DNA of 64,000 nt from an uncultured Bacilli bacterium (GCA_947632065.1 CANRNO010000002.1:234-64233), one strand, 5' to 3'; counted from the stretch's first letter, positions 1 through 10,901 are shown. Numbers and translations: made by a program. The notes: generated from the letters alone by a model not told the origin.

Positions 1-116
1 CATTTCTTAGTGTATAAATATTCTTTTTCCATTTCTACACCTTCTCTCAAAACGCCCATATTATAACACATTTTGTTAAAAAAGCAATTTATGATACGAT
101 ATAAATGGTGATAAAA

Positions 117-701
117 ATGAAATTAATTCTTGCAAGTACTTCTAATTACAAAAGTAAATTATTAAATCAAACTAAATTAAAACATATACAAATAGAAAGT
201 AATTTTGATGAAAAAACAATAAAAAATAATAATGTATATGAATATGTAAAAGAATTATCATTACAAAAAGCTCTAAGTATAAAAGATAAAGTTAAAACAG
301 GTATAATTCTAGGAATGGATACAGTAGTTTTTGTAGATAACCAAACACTAGAAAAACCAAAAGACAAAAACGAAATTAGAAAATTTCTAAAAATGTGTTC
401 AAATAATACAACAGAAGTTATTACTGGTATTACTCTAATTAATAAAAAGACTAATGAAATAATTACTGATTATACTATTACTTATGTCACATTAAGAAAT
501 CTATCAGATGAAGATATAGATTTCTACATTAAAACAGAAAAAGACGCTTTAAATGTATCAGGTTTTATAATAGAAACTTCAATATCAAATTTTATTGAAA
601 AAATAGAAGGTAGTTTCTTTAATATTTTAGGAGCACCTGTAGAAACTATATATAAATATTTACAAAAATGGAATATATCCTTAAAAGACTTAGAAAACTA
701 A
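117..701 (+). CDS. maf: Maf-like nucleoside triphosphate pyrophosphatase
   Basis: ORF 105..701. N-terminus KLILASTSNYKSKLL and the ~195 aa size fit the Maf family. The ATG at 117 is preceded by a GGTGAT SD. Confidence 0.8.
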   Translation: MKLILASTSNYKSKLLNQTKLKHIQIESNFDEKTIKNNNVYEYVKELSLQKALSIKDKVKTGIILGMDTVVFVDNQTLEKPKDKNEIRKFLKMCSNNTTEVITGITLINKKTNEIITDYTITYVTLRNLSDEDIDFYIKTEKDALNVSGFIIETSISNFIEKIEGSFFNILGAPVETIYKYLQKWNISLKDLEN

Positions 702-1402
702 GTCTTTTTTAAATATTTAATAATTTCATCACCTATAACTTTATAAGCATCCACATTAGGATAAAAACTTTTAGGATTTTCTAAATAATTACCATCTATT
801 AAATTATAAATATCAATATATCCTATATTTTTTCTATTAGTAAGATTTTTAAGTTCATTATTTAAAAGACTAAAAATATTACTATCATTCTTATTAATAT
901 AAAAATTATAATATCCAACTATTACAATATTTTTATTATATTTTAATATTTCATTTAATAATTTATTTATCTCTAATATAGTATCTTTAACTATCTTATC
1001 ATTAGATAATTTATTAACATCATTAAAAGAAACTTTAGACATAATATCATCCGCACCAATAGACAAAGTTATAAAATTTGAATCTCTTAAAGCATTTTTT
1101 AAAGACAAAGTCTTATCATCAATTAAAATAGTCTTATTAGAAATAATATCTTCATAAAGTTCATGAACATAATAATTCTTCTTAGAAAAATCTTTTGTAT
1201 AAAGTTTTATCTTTCTATTTTTAGAAATCTTATCTATAAAATAATCAGGATATCCTAAACCAACTTCTCCATAAGGATTTTCTCCCATAACATAGGCATC
1301 TCCTAAAGCAATATAAGAAATAGTCTTATCATGATATAAAAAATATATTAAATAAATAACTACAAACACTATTATAAAGAAAAGAATTTTTCTATATTTC
1401 AT
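698..1402 (-). CDS. Membrane-anchored SGNH/GDSL-fold protein, catalytic motifs apparently degenerate
   Basis: N-terminal TM helix. Blocks resemble SGNH hydrolases (IALGDAYVMG, ITLSIGADDI, FYPNVDAYKVIGDEI), but Ser, Asn and His positions read Ala, Asp and Tyr. Confidence 0.5.
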   Translation of the reverse strand: MKYRKILFFIIVFVVIYLIYFLYHDKTISYIALGDAYVMGENPYGEVGLGYPDYFIDKISKNRKIKLYTKDFSKKNYYVHELYEDIISNKTILIDDKTLSLKNALRDSNFITLSIGADDIMSKVSFNDVNKLSNDKIVKDTILEINKLLNEILKYNKNIVIVGYYNFYINKNDSNIFSLLNNELKNLTNRKNIGYIDIYNLIDGNYLENPKSFYPNVDAYKVIGDEIIKYLKKT

Positions 1403-1432
1403 GAGTCCTCCACAAAAAAAGAATATATAATA

Positions 1433-2686
1433 CTATATTTCTTTTAATTCTATTTTAGCACCCACGCTAGTTAATTTTTCAATTATTTGTTCATATCCTC
1501 TTAAAATATGTTCTATATTATCTATAATAGTAGTTCCATCAGCAATAAGCCCAGCTAGAACAAGAGCAGCCCCAGCTCGAAGATCAGTTGCAGTAACTGT
1601 ACTTCCAACGAGTGGAGTCTTATCTAAAATAATTGCTGTCCTATCACAAACCTCAATATCAGCACCCATCTTTTCAAGATATGGAACATGCATAAAACGG
1701 TTCTCCCAAATAGTCTCCTCTACTTTACTTTTTCCCTTACATTGAGTAAGTAACGTAGTAAAAGGCTGTTGTAAATCTGTAGGAAAACCAGGATAAGTTA
1801 AAGTTTTAATATTAGTAGCTTTATAATTTTTACCCTTATTAACAATTATATAATCTGTACCTATTTCAAGTTCAACACCAATTTCCTGTAATTTTGATGT
1901 TAAAGATTCCAAATGTTCTGGAATTATATTATCAATTTTTAAATAATGACCACATAAAGCACCTGCGATTAAATAAGTACCTGCCTCTATTCTATCAGGT
2001 ATAACCTCATGAAAACATCCGTGCAATTTAGAAACACCTTGTATTTTTATACTTGATGTTCCAGCACCTGTAATTTTTGCTCCCATATTATTAAGGAAAG
2101 TCGCAATATTTACAATTTCAGGTTCTTTTGCAGCATTCTCTATAACAGTCTCTCCTTTAGCATAAACAGCAGCAAGCATAATATTAACAGTTGCACCAAC
2201 AGATGCAATATCTAAATAAATATTAGCACCCTTAAGTTCATCTGCTTCTACTATATATTTATTATCCTCACTTGTAACTTTTGCACCTAAAGCCTCAAAA
2301 CCCTTTAAATGTAAATTAATTGGTCTTTTACCTATAGCACATCCACCAGGAAAGTACATTACAGCTTTTTTATATTTTCCAAGTAAAGCCCCCATAAAAT
2401 AATATGAAGCCCTTAGTTTTTGAGAATAATGAATTGTAATCTCTTTATTCTCTAAATCTTTAGCATTAATTAATAAACTTTCACTAGCACGTTTTACAGA
2501 AACATTTAAATATTCCAAAGTTTCACATAAAGCATCTGTATCTGTAATTTCAGGAACATTACAAATAGTAACATCTTCATCGGATAAAATTGCTGCTGGA
2601 ATTAATGCAACAACACTATTTTTAGCACCACTAATTCTAATTGTCCCAGATAGAGTATTACCTCCAGTTATTTCTAATACTTTCAT
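1433..2686 (-). CDS. murA: UDP-N-acetylglucosamine 1-carboxyvinyltransferase
   Basis: 417 aa. ISGAKNS, the active-site region GGCAIGKRPINLH, and full-length resemblance to MurA/MurZ. Confidence 0.95.
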   Translation of the reverse strand: MKVLEITGGNTLSGTIRISGAKNSVVALIPAAILSDEDVTICNVPEITDTDALCETLEYLNVSVKRASESLLINAKDLENKEITIHYSQKLRASYYFMGALLGKYKKAVMYFPGGCAIGKRPINLHLKGFEALGAKVTSEDNKYIVEADELKGANIYLDIASVGATVNIMLAAVYAKGETVIENAAKEPEIVNIATFLNNMGAKITGAGTSSIKIQGVSKLHGCFHEVIPDRIEAGTYLIAGALCGHYLKIDNIIPEHLESLTSKLQEIGVELEIGTDYIIVNKGKNYKATNIKTLTYPGFPTDLQQPFTTLLTQCKGKSKVEETIWENRFMHVPYLEKMGADIEVCDRTAIILDKTPLVGSTVTATDLRAGAALVLAGLIADGTTIIDNIEHILRGYEQIIEKLTSVGAKIELKEI

Positions 2687-2709
2687 ACTTCCTCCACATT
2701 ATTATATTT

Positions 2710-3570
2710 TTATTTTACTTTTTCTGTTCCAAAAATAGAAATTAATTCGTCTATTTTATCTTTAATAGCACTCTCTCCACTTCCTATTACTTTTCGTGGA
2801 TCATAAACTACACTATTATCATTTAAAAATTCTCTAACCGCCTTAGACCAAACTATTTGTAAATCTGTATTAACATTAATCTTAGAAATACCACAAGAAA
2901 TAGCCTCTTTTATTTGCACCTCAGGAATACCACTTCCTCCGTGTAAAACAAGCGGTATAGGAAGAACATCATTTATTTCTTTCATAGTTTTAAAATCAAG
3001 TTTAGGCTCCCCTTTATAAGGACCATGAACACTACCTAAAGCTGGTGCAAGAGCATCAATAGAAGTCTCTTTATAAAGCCTTTCACACTCATCTACTTTA
3101 GCATAAAACATATCACTTGTAATATTATCTTCAGTACCACCAATATGACCTATTTCTGCTTCTACACTTACATTTTTAGGATGAGCATATTCTACAATTT
3201 TCTTAGTTATTTCAATATTTTTATCTAACTCTTTACGTGATGCATCTATCATAACAGAAGAAAATCCAGCATCAATAGCTTCAAAACAAGCATCATATGA
3301 ACCATGATCCAAATGAAGACACACAGGTATAGTAATTTTTAAATCTTTAATCATACTATTTACCATAGAAGAAATAATATTATATCCTCCCATATATCTA
3401 GCTGCACCTTCACTAACTCCTAAAATAACAGGAACACCATGCTCTTGACATTCCTCTAAAATATATTTAGTCCACTCCAAATTATTTATATTGAACTGTG
3501 GAACAGCATACTTATTTTTCTTTGCATCAAGCAACATATTATTAAAATTCTCTAACATCATTATCACCAC
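2710..3570 (-). CDS. fba: Class II fructose-bisphosphate aldolase
   Basis: 286 aa. YAVPQFNINN, HLDHG and LVLHGGSG motifs. The start is uncertain among GTG/ATG codons at 3558-3570. Confidence 0.95.
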   Translation of the reverse strand: MVIMMLENFNNMLLDAKKNKYAVPQFNINNLEWTKYILEECQEHGVPVILGVSEGAARYMGGYNIISSMVNSMIKDLKITIPVCLHLDHGSYDACFEAIDAGFSSVMIDASRKELDKNIEITKKIVEYAHPKNVSVEAEIGHIGGTEDNITSDMFYAKVDECERLYKETSIDALAPALGSVHGPYKGEPKLDFKTMKEINDVLPIPLVLHGGSGIPEVQIKEAISCGISKINVNTDLQIVWSKAVREFLNDNSVVYDPRKVIGSGESAIKDKIDELISIFGTEKVK

Positions 3571-3628
3571 TTATATCATATAAAATTTATAAGTAGTTGT
3601 CAATGAATCTTACTTGATAAAACAAAAT

Positions 3629-3656
3629 AAAAATGTAAGTTTTAGCTTACATTTTT
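3629..3656 (-). terminator. Rho-independent terminator after the DHH gene
   Basis: Hairpin AAAATGTAAG / CTTACATTTT with a U-tract on the minus strand. It overlaps the stop codon. Confidence 0.6.
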
Positions 3657-4690
3657 CATTTACTCTCTAACTTTTTATAAACCTTTTTTAAAGTTTTTTC
3701 TAAACTATCTACTGGAACTAAAGCAGCAGCACTATGTTTACTTCCTCCACCACCTATATATTCCATTACTTTACAAACATCAACTCCACTAGAATTACTT
3801 CTTGCACTAACATGATAGTTATTATCATCTATTAATCCCATCACAAAAGATGCATTCAAATTATTAATAACATTATCATCCAAATCAGTTTGTAACATTC
3901 TACAATTTAGTATATCATCTGCTGCCTTAGCAATATCTTCTCTAGTATAATAATTTTCATCATCATAAGAAACACCTGCAAAACCCAAAGGATATTTTAT
4001 AATTTTAACTTTACTTGCTAATTTAAATATTTTTAAATTTTGAATATTATCTCTTTTAAACATATTATTTACTTTATCTACTTCTGCTCCCATTTCAAGT
4101 AATTTTGTAATTATCCTCATAGTATAAGAATTTACAGATTTAGTAAAACTATTAGTATCCAAAACTATACCAGAATATAAATAATCAGCAACTGAAGAAC
4201 TAAAACGTATATTATAATCCATAAGCATTTCAGTAACTATTGCACTAGCACTAGGCATTAATTCTGAAATAAATATATTATCATCAATAGTATCAATCGT
4301 ATTAGAATCCACCCTATGATGATCAACTATAAAAATATCTCTAAAATCATCTAAATAATCACTTATATGAATCATATCTTTTTTATTAGTATCAGTAACT
4401 ATCAACACATCATTATCACTTTTTATCTTTAAATATTCTTCCAAATTTATAAATTTATAAATTTTAGAAGACTGGTTAATTATTTCTAAGACTTTATTAT
4501 TTATAACCTTCTCATCATCATCAACTAAAATATATGCATCTTTATTAAAAGAACTCATTAAAACAGAAAGTCCAATCGCAGAACCTATCGCATCAAAATC
4601 TGGATATTTATGAGGTAAAATTATTACCTTATCTGCATCTTTTACTGATTGTTCTAAATTTCTTTCAAATTTATGTATACCAAAAGACAT
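3656..4690 (-). CDS. Stand-alone DHH/DHHA1 phosphoesterase (GdpP/NrnA-like)
   Basis: DFDAIGS, VDHHR, DTNSF and GGGGSKHSAAA motifs. Confidence 0.8.
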   Translation of the reverse strand: MSFGIHKFERNLEQSVKDADKVIILPHKYPDFDAIGSAIGLSVLMSSFNKDAYILVDDDEKVINNKVLEIINQSSKIYKFINLEEYLKIKSDNDVLIVTDTNKKDMIHISDYLDDFRDIFIVDHHRVDSNTIDTIDDNIFISELMPSASAIVTEMLMDYNIRFSSSVADYLYSGIVLDTNSFTKSVNSYTMRIITKLLEMGAEVDKVNNMFKRDNIQNLKIFKLASKVKIIKYPLGFAGVSYDDENYYTREDIAKAADDILNCRMLQTDLDDNVINNLNASFVMGLIDDNNYHVSARSNSSGVDVCKVMEYIGGGGSKHSAAALVPVDSLEKTLKKVYKKLESK

Positions 4691-4741
4691 AATAATGCCT
4701 CCTTCGATTAGTAATAATGATTATATCACAAATTTAAAAAA

Positions 4742-5278
4742 TTACAATAAAATGTATTTTAAAGATAAAAATATTAAAATAACAGACCCTACTATTTTAG
4801 AAGTTTTAGAAAACTTTGTACCAAAAACATTACCTATAATTAATCCTAAAAAAGTAAATATAAAACTAACACATGCAAAAACAAAAGAAGACATCAACAC
4901 ATTTTCTTTTAAAATTCCATATGCTACTCCAACTGATAAACTATCAAGACTAACAGTAAACGCAAATATAATAAAATAAACAAACTTATCTAATACAACA
5001 GCTTTTTCTTCATCTTTTAATGAATTAATCATTGAAAAAGCAATTATAAAAAATACAATACTAACAATAATATTAGAAGCAAGTGCTAACTTCTCTTGAA
5101 ATAATACTCCTATATTACCACCCATAATAGGCATTAGAAAATGAAAAAGTCCAACACAAAAAGAAAGTTTAAACATATTTTTATGACTAATTTTATTAAC
5201 ACCATATACTATAGCCAAAGAAAAAGCATCCATACTAAGTCCTAATGCCACAAAAAAATATATAAGGATATCACTCAT
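4742..5278 (-). CDS. mntP: Manganese efflux pump MntP family
   Basis: 178 aa, six hydrophobic segments. GLSMDAFSLAI is repeated as SLDSLSVGVAYG, the typical DUF204 duplication. Confidence 0.8.
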   Translation of the reverse strand: MSDILIYFFVALGLSMDAFSLAIVYGVNKISHKNMFKLSFCVGLFHFLMPIMGGNIGVLFQEKLALASNIIVSIVFFIIAFSMINSLKDEEKAVVLDKFVYFIIFAFTVSLDSLSVGVAYGILKENVLMSSFVFACVSFIFTFLGLIIGNVFGTKFSKTSKIVGSVILIFLSLKYILL

Positions 5279-5303
5279 TTTATCACCTTATATATTTTAT
5301 TAA

Positions 5304-5861
5304 CTAATTATTATTAAAATACTTATCAATTAATTCTTTAACAAAAAACTTATACTCAACATCTTCTTTTTCTTGAGTCTTCTCTGCTTCTAAAAGACAT
5401 AAAGGAGGAAAAAGAACACACCACCAATTATCTCCTTTACCTTCACCTAAAGTAACAACTAAAGACTCATATTCCCCTTCTTTATAAGTAACCCCTTTAT
5501 AAACTTTCTCTGGAAAATAATTTTTACCGTATTTAACATCTACATTCTGATTACTATTAATTTTCTTTAATGTATTATAAGCATTCTCTTGAAAAGATAA
5601 AACATTATTTTTTAAAAGATTACGTGATTCTTCTATTGTCTTAGAATCTTTCAAAACAGAAGTCATCTTCTTTTGTAAATTATCTCTAACTTTTAATTTA
5701 ATATTTTGATCTTTAAAAGAATTACTGTTTGCAATCACTCTAAATCTAATAGCTTCATTAGGTATTAAAACTTCTTCCTTTTCTCTACTCAAAAATCCAA
5801 TCAATAAAATTAATATTAATACCAATATAATAGTTTTTTTAATAATAAAACCACCTTTCAC
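5304..5861 (-). CDS. spoIIR: Stage II sporulation protein R
   Basis: Signal anchor, then IRFRVIANSNS..D and GDNWWCVLFPPLC, which are characteristic of SpoIIR. Confidence 0.85.
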   Translation of the reverse strand: MKGGFIIKKTIILVLILILLIGFLSREKEEVLIPNEAIRFRVIANSNSFKDQNIKLKVRDNLQKKMTSVLKDSKTIEESRNLLKNNVLSFQENAYNTLKKINSNQNVDVKYGKNYFPEKVYKGVTYKEGEYESLVVTLGEGKGDNWWCVLFPPLCLLEAEKTQEKEDVEYKFFVKELIDKYFNNN

Positions 5862-5900
5862 TTATAATAGTGATTAGTGGTTATAAATTTTATTCATTTT

Positions 5901-6734
5901 TTAAATAATTTCTTCTAAATTATGTAATATAAAAACCATTCTATCTCTGCCTGCTAAATCTTTTTTGACCTCTACTATCTCTCCAGGTAAATACTTTTGT
6001 ATCAAATTATAAACATCCATACCTTGAGTAGCACCTATTTCAAAAGCAACTAAACATCTATCATTCATATGATATTTTATATCTTTTAAAATTTTTATAT
6101 ACAAATCAAGTCCTTCTTCTCCACCATATAATGCAATAGAAGGTTCATTATTCTTAACTATATCTTCTATCTCTTCATTAGTTTTTATATAAGGAGGATT
6201 ACTTATAATCACATCATACTTTTTCGCAACTTTAGAAAACATATCACTTTCTATAAATTTAGCATCCACTTCTTGATATAAGGCATTACGATATGCAACA
6301 TTAAGTGCTTTCTTACTAATATCAAGTAAAGTAATATCAACATTTTTTAACTTTTTAGAAAGAGTAATTCCTATCGCACCACTTCCACATCCTAAATCTA
6401 TTACACTTACTTTATCAGTAAAATATCTATTTATATATTCAATTGTTTTCTCCACTAATTGTTCAGTCTCAAACCTAGGTATCAAAACATTCTCATTAAC
6501 CAAAAACTGATTACCATAAAAATTAACTTTACCAGTAACATATTGTATTGGTCTACCATCCTCAATTGCAGCAATCTCTTCTTTATACATATTACATTTA
6601 TCATCAGCTACTTTAGTATTCAAATGATTTAAAAGTTCAAGTGGATTATATCCAAGCAAATCAGCAAGTAAAATCTTAGCATGATCAGAATGAATTTGTT
6701 TTTTACCATAAATTAATAATTCTTCTACTGTCAT
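5901..6734 (-). CDS. prmC: Release-factor glutamine methyltransferase
   Basis: DLGCGSGAIG SAM motif and NPPY motif. It lies directly downstream of prfA. Confidence 0.9.
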   Translation of the reverse strand: MTVEELLIYGKKQIHSDHAKILLADLLGYNPLELLNHLNTKVADDKCNMYKEEIAAIEDGRPIQYVTGKVNFYGNQFLVNENVLIPRFETEQLVEKTIEYINRYFTDKVSVIDLGCGSGAIGITLSKKLKNVDITLLDISKKALNVAYRNALYQEVDAKFIESDMFSKVAKKYDVIISNPPYIKTNEEIEDIVKNNEPSIALYGGEEGLDLYIKILKDIKYHMNDRCLVAFEIGATQGMDVYNLIQKYLPGEIVEVKKDLAGRDRMVFILHNLEEII

Positions 6735-6744
6735 ATAAACCTCT

Positions 6745-7806
6745 TTATTCTTGTTCTTCTAATTTTCTCTTTTGATCTTCTTGAATCAAAGCATCTATTA
6801 TGTCAGATAAATCTCCATCCATTACTCTATCTAAATTCTTAGTAGTATATCCAATTCTATGATCAGTAACTCTATTTTGTGGATAATTATAAGTTCTTAT
6901 CTTCTCTGCACGATCTCCACTTCCTATTTTACTACGACGAACACTTCCCATTTCTTCTTCTTGTTTTTCTCTCATTTGTTCATAAAGTCTTGCTTTTAAA
7001 ACTTTCATAGCTTGTTCTTTATTTTGAATTTGACTTCTCTCATTTTGACAAGTAACAACAGTATTAGTAGGTAAATGAGTAATTCTAACTGCAGAATCAG
7101 TTGTATTAACTCCTTGTCCTCCACATCCAGAAGATCTAAATATATCTATTCTTAAATCATTTGGATTAATATCTATATCTATACTATCATCTTCTTCTGG
7201 TATAACTAAAACTGTTGCGGTTGATGTTTGAATTCTACCATTACTCTCAGTAACTGGCACTCTTTGAACTCTGTGAGATCCACTCTCATATTTAAGTTTA
7301 GAATAAATATTTTGTCCCTTAATAATAAATTCTATTTGACTAAAACCTCCTGCAGTTCCTTCAACAGCATTATAAACTTGGCAAGTATATCCTTGTTTTT
7401 CTGCATAACGAGTATACATTCTATATAAATCTCCTGCAAAAATATTAGCTTCATCCCCACCTGCTGCTCCTCTAATTTCCACAATAACATTCTTATCATC
7501 ATTAGGATCCTTAGGTATAAGTAACACTTCTAATTCTTTTTCTAATTTTCCTTTTTCTTCTTCTAAACCAGGTAATTCTTCTTTAGCCATATCACCAAGT
7601 TCACTATCACTCATCATTTCACGAGTATCTTCTATATCTTGTAATAACTTTTTATATTTTTTAAATGTAGTAACTACCTCTTCCATATCAGAAATCTTTT
7701 TAGAAATATCTTTAGTCCTTTTAAAATCATTTAATACCTCAGGTGTAGTCAACTCTTTTTCTAACTCTTCATATTTTTCCTCTATTGCCTCTAATCTCTC
7801 TATCAT
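6745..7806 (-). CDS. prfA: Peptide chain release factor 1
   Basis: PVTE-type (RVPVTESNGR) and GGQ (SGCGGQGVN) motifs. Start placed at the ATG at 7806 (MIERLEAIEEKYE), not the upstream extension in the ORF track. Confidence 0.95.
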   Translation of the reverse strand: MIERLEAIEEKYEELEKELTTPEVLNDFKRTKDISKKISDMEEVVTTFKKYKKLLQDIEDTREMMSDSELGDMAKEELPGLEEEKGKLEKELEVLLIPKDPNDDKNVIVEIRGAAGGDEANIFAGDLYRMYTRYAEKQGYTCQVYNAVEGTAGGFSQIEFIIKGQNIYSKLKYESGSHRVQRVPVTESNGRIQTSTATVLVIPEEDDSIDIDINPNDLRIDIFRSSGCGGQGVNTTDSAVRITHLPTNTVVTCQNERSQIQNKEQAMKVLKARLYEQMREKQEEEMGSVRRSKIGSGDRAEKIRTYNYPQNRVTDHRIGYTTKNLDRVMDGDLSDIIDALIQEDQKRKLEEQE

Positions 7807-7917
7807 TTTATACACGCCCTTCTGCATCTGTATTATAACATGAGTTTTATAATTTGTAAAAACTCTCAACTTATTATATGTAAACAATATAATGTCTTTC
7901 CAAATAAAAAGTTAGAA

Positions 7918-8358
7918 TTATTCTCCTTCTAACTCATTTTCTTCTAAGACAACTAAATCTTTTATATCTTCATTAGGATCCACATAATCATCAGTATCAT
8001 CAGTAGAATCATAATTATCTTCTAATATATCTTCTTCCTCTTCTAATTCTTCTTCATCTTCCTCTATTTCATCTTCTTCATCATCTTCACTTAAAGGTTT
8101 TTTAAGTTTATCAGAACTATGTCTACCCTTTAAATCCCAATTACCATTATCAAGTAAAATAAATCTCTTATCAGTAGATAAAGTAGTATAAAATTCTCCA
8201 ATCTTTTCTTCAAAAGTTCCTTCTGGTAAATTTAATAAATCAATTATCTTTTTAAATAAAGCAGCTGTACTTATAGATCTTTTTCTCTCTTCTAAAATCA
8301 TATAAGCAATATCTTTATTAGACATTAATTCTAACTCTTCTATACTTTTTTTATTCAT
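7918..8358 (-). CDS. rpoE: RNA polymerase delta subunit
   Basis: An N-terminal HARE-HTH-like domain followed by a long Asp/Glu tail, the typical Firmicute RpoE architecture. Confidence 0.8.
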   Translation of the reverse strand: MNKKSIEELELMSNKDIAYMILEERKRSISTAALFKKIIDLLNLPEGTFEEKIGEFYTTLSTDKRFILLDNGNWDLKGRHSSDKLKKPLSEDDEEDEIEEDEEELEEEEDILEDNYDSTDDTDDYVDPNEDIKDLVVLEENELEGE

Positions 8359-8448
8359 ATTTATTACTTCCTTTCGTTAATACTTTCTAGATACTATATG
8401 TAAAAAAATAAAATTTGACTTCTTTCATTACAAACAAACTTATAACAC

Positions 8449-8477
8449 GAAACAAATATAAATGCAACACCTTTTTA
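8449..8477 (-). promoter_or_regulatory. Sigma-A type promoter upstream of rpoE
   Basis: Minus strand reads TTGCAT - 17 nt - TATAAG with TG at -15/-14. Confidence 0.45.
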
Positions 8478-8482
8478 TATTT

Positions 8483-8842
8483 TTATTTTATAGATGTCAA
8501 TTCATAATTATAAAGTTGACCATTCACAATATACTCAATATTAATAAATCCTCTAGATACATTTAATTTTTTCACTTCAATATCAACCATAATTTTATTA
8601 TTTAAACTTTTAACTAAAATATAACCTTTTTTACTATTAAAATCATATTCCATGTATAAACTATTATTATCTCTTTTTAAAATATTATTCTCATAATCAA
8701 AACTTACAAATGTTTTTTCTTTGTCTTTTTCTATATATGACAATTCTTTATTATTATCACTGATAAACACTTCTACATCATAATCTATTTTTTTATCATT
8801 AGTTTCTAATTTCATATTTGCAAATTTTCTCAAAAGTATCAC
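8483..8842 (-). CDS. Hypothetical small beta-rich protein (possibly DUF1934/YwiB-like)
   Basis: 119-aa ORF with an AAGGAG SD near 8845. Only a weak remembered resemblance to DUF1934, and the start codon is uncertain. Confidence 0.45.
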   Translation of the reverse strand: MILLRKFANMKLETNDKKIDYDVEVFISDNNKELSYIEKDKEKTFVSFDYENNILKRDNNSLYMEYDFNSKKGYILVKSLNNKIMVDIEVKKLNVSRGFINIEYIVNGQLYNYELTSIK

Positions 8843-8933
8843 TCCTTTTAAAAATTATAATACAAAATTAAATTTTTATATACATAATTTTCAAATTAAT
8901 TTTTCATACTAAAATTTAGAAAGGTGTGAAAAA

Positions 8934-10901
8934 ATGAAAATACTAAAAAGACTATTAAAAGTATCATTAATTACAATAATTCTATTATTAACTATATATT
9001 CTGGTATTATTGTTTATGCTAAAATAACACCTAAACTTGAGATTAAAAGTGCCAACAGTATATCTTTATATGATAAAAATGAAAACTTATTCTTTCAAGG
9101 AAGCGGTAACAAAGAATGGGTATCACTTAAAAAAATATCTAAAAATTTAATAAATGCTACTATCGCAACAGAAGATAAAAATTTTTATAAACATAATGGA
9201 TTTGATTATCTAAGAATTTTAAAAGCGGGTTATACTAATGTAGTTAATAGAGAAAAACTTCAAGGAGCATCCACCATAACTCAACAATATGCTAAAAACT
9301 TATTTCTAGATTTTGATAAAACATGGCAAAGAAAATTAAAAGAAATGTGGTATACAGTAGAACTTGAAACTCACTATAACAAAGAAGAAATATTAGAAGG
9401 TTATTTAAATACAATTAATTATGGACATGGAATGTATGGTATAGAGAATGCTAGTAAATTCTATTTTGATAAAAGTGCACAAGACCTCACTCTAGCAGAA
9501 GCAACAATGTTAGCGGGAATTCCTAAATCACCTGCTAATTACTCTCCACTAGTAAATTTTAAGACTGCTAAAGAAAGACAATTAAAAATATTAGAGACTA
9601 TGGTAAAACAAGACATCATAACAGAAGAAGAAAAAGATACTGCATATAATCAAAAATTAAATCTAGTAGGTAAAAATAATCTTGAAAAACCAAATACTCA
9701 AATGTATTTCCATGATGCAGTATTAAAAGAATTAGAAACTATTGATAATATTCCAAAATCATATACAGAAACTAATGGATTAAAAATTTATACAACATTA
9801 GATCAAGATGCTCAAACTAATCTTGAAACTAATATTAAAGAATTAATGCCAAATGATAATAATGAAATACAAGCTGCTAGTACAATGATTAAACCAAAAA
9901 CAGGAGAAGTTGTTGCCCTAGTAGGTGGAAGAAATTATAACATTTCAGAATTCAACAGAGCAATATCTGCTAAAAGACAAGTAGGTTCAACAATGAAACC
10001 ATTCTTATACTATGCTGCCTTAGAAAATAATTTCACATCAAGCACTTCCTTCACTAGTGAACAAACAACATTTACTTTTTCAAACAACACTACATATTCA
10101 CCAAAAAATTATAATGATAAATATGGAAATAAACCAATATCTATGGCTGCTGCTATTGCATACTCTGAAAATGTATATGCTGTAAAAACACATATGTTCC
10201 TTGGAAGTAGTGCATTAATCAATGTCGCTAAAAGAACAGGAATAACTACAAAATTTGATAATGTAGCATCCCTTCCTCTTGGAACTAAAGAAATTAATAT
10301 GTTGGAATTTTCAGGAGCTTACTGTACTTTCGCAAACGAAGGATATAAAGTAAAACCACATTTTATTAGAAGAATAGAAGATAGTAAAGGAAATATTTTA
10401 TATCAATATAAACAACAAAATACAAAAGTATTAGATTCTTCCCTTACTTTTATTTTAAACAATATGCTAACAGGTACATATGATCCTGATTTTATAGATT
10501 ATAATTATCCAACTGCTATATCTTTAGCATCCAAATTAACACATAAATATTCTCTAAAAAGTGGTACAACTGATACAGATAACTGGTATATGGGATACAA
10601 CAAAGATATTCTTGTATCAACCTGGGTTGGATATGATAATAATAAGACTTTATTAAGTTCAGATTATAAATATGGACAAAATATTTGGTATAAAACAATA
10701 GAAAATTATGAAAATGGAAAAGAAGACAGTTGGTATGAAACACCTAGTAACATTACAGGTGTACTAGTAGATCCTATATCAGGAAGACCAGCAACAGAAC
10801 AAAGTGAAAAGAAAAAATTAATGTATTTTATAAAAGGTACTGAACCAAAAGATACAGATACTGTATTTGATGAAAAATTAGAAAACACACATCCTACTTA
10901 A
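8934..10901 (+). CDS. Class A penicillin-binding protein (glycosyltransferase + transpeptidase)
   Basis: N-terminal TM helix. GT51 motifs ATEDKNFYKHNGFD and GASTITQQ; transpeptidase motifs STMKP and KSGTT. Confidence 0.9.
   Translation: MKILKRLLKVSLITIILLLTIYSGIIVYAKITPKLEIKSANSISLYDKNENLFFQGSGNKEWVSLKKISKNLINATIATEDKNFYKHNGFDYLRILKAGYTNVVNREKLQGASTITQQYAKNLFLDFDKTWQRKLKEMWYTVELETHYNKEEILEGYLNTINYGHGMYGIENASKFYFDKSAQDLTLAEATMLAGIPKSPANYSPLVNFKTAKERQLKILETMVKQDIITEEEKDTAYNQKLNLVGKNNLEKPNTQMYFHDAVLKELETIDNIPKSYTETNGLKIYTTLDQDAQTNLETNIKELMPNDNNEIQAASTMIKPKTGEVVALVGGRNYNISEFNRAISAKRQVGSTMKPFLYYAALENNFTSSTSFTSEQTTFTFSNNTTYSPKNYNDKYGNKPISMAAAIAYSENVYAVKTHMFLGSSALINVAKRTGITTKFDNVASLPLGTKEINMLEFSGAYCTFANEGYKVKPHFIRRIEDSKGNILYQYKQQNTKVLDSSLTFILNNMLTGTYDPDFIDYNYPTAISLASKLTHKYSLKSGTTDTDNWYMGYNKDILVSTWVGYDNNKTLLSSDYKYGQNIWYKTIENYENGKEDSWYETPSNITGVLVDPISGRPATEQSEKKKLMYFIKGTEPKDTDTVFDEKLENTHPT

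Noticed and set aside
1-66. Possible 5' end of a leftward gene (ATG at 30-32, GAAGGTG SD) with a TGTTATAAT extended -10 at 60-68 on the minus strand.
   Set aside because: Only about 10 codons are visible before the window edge, so it cannot be identified or confirmed.
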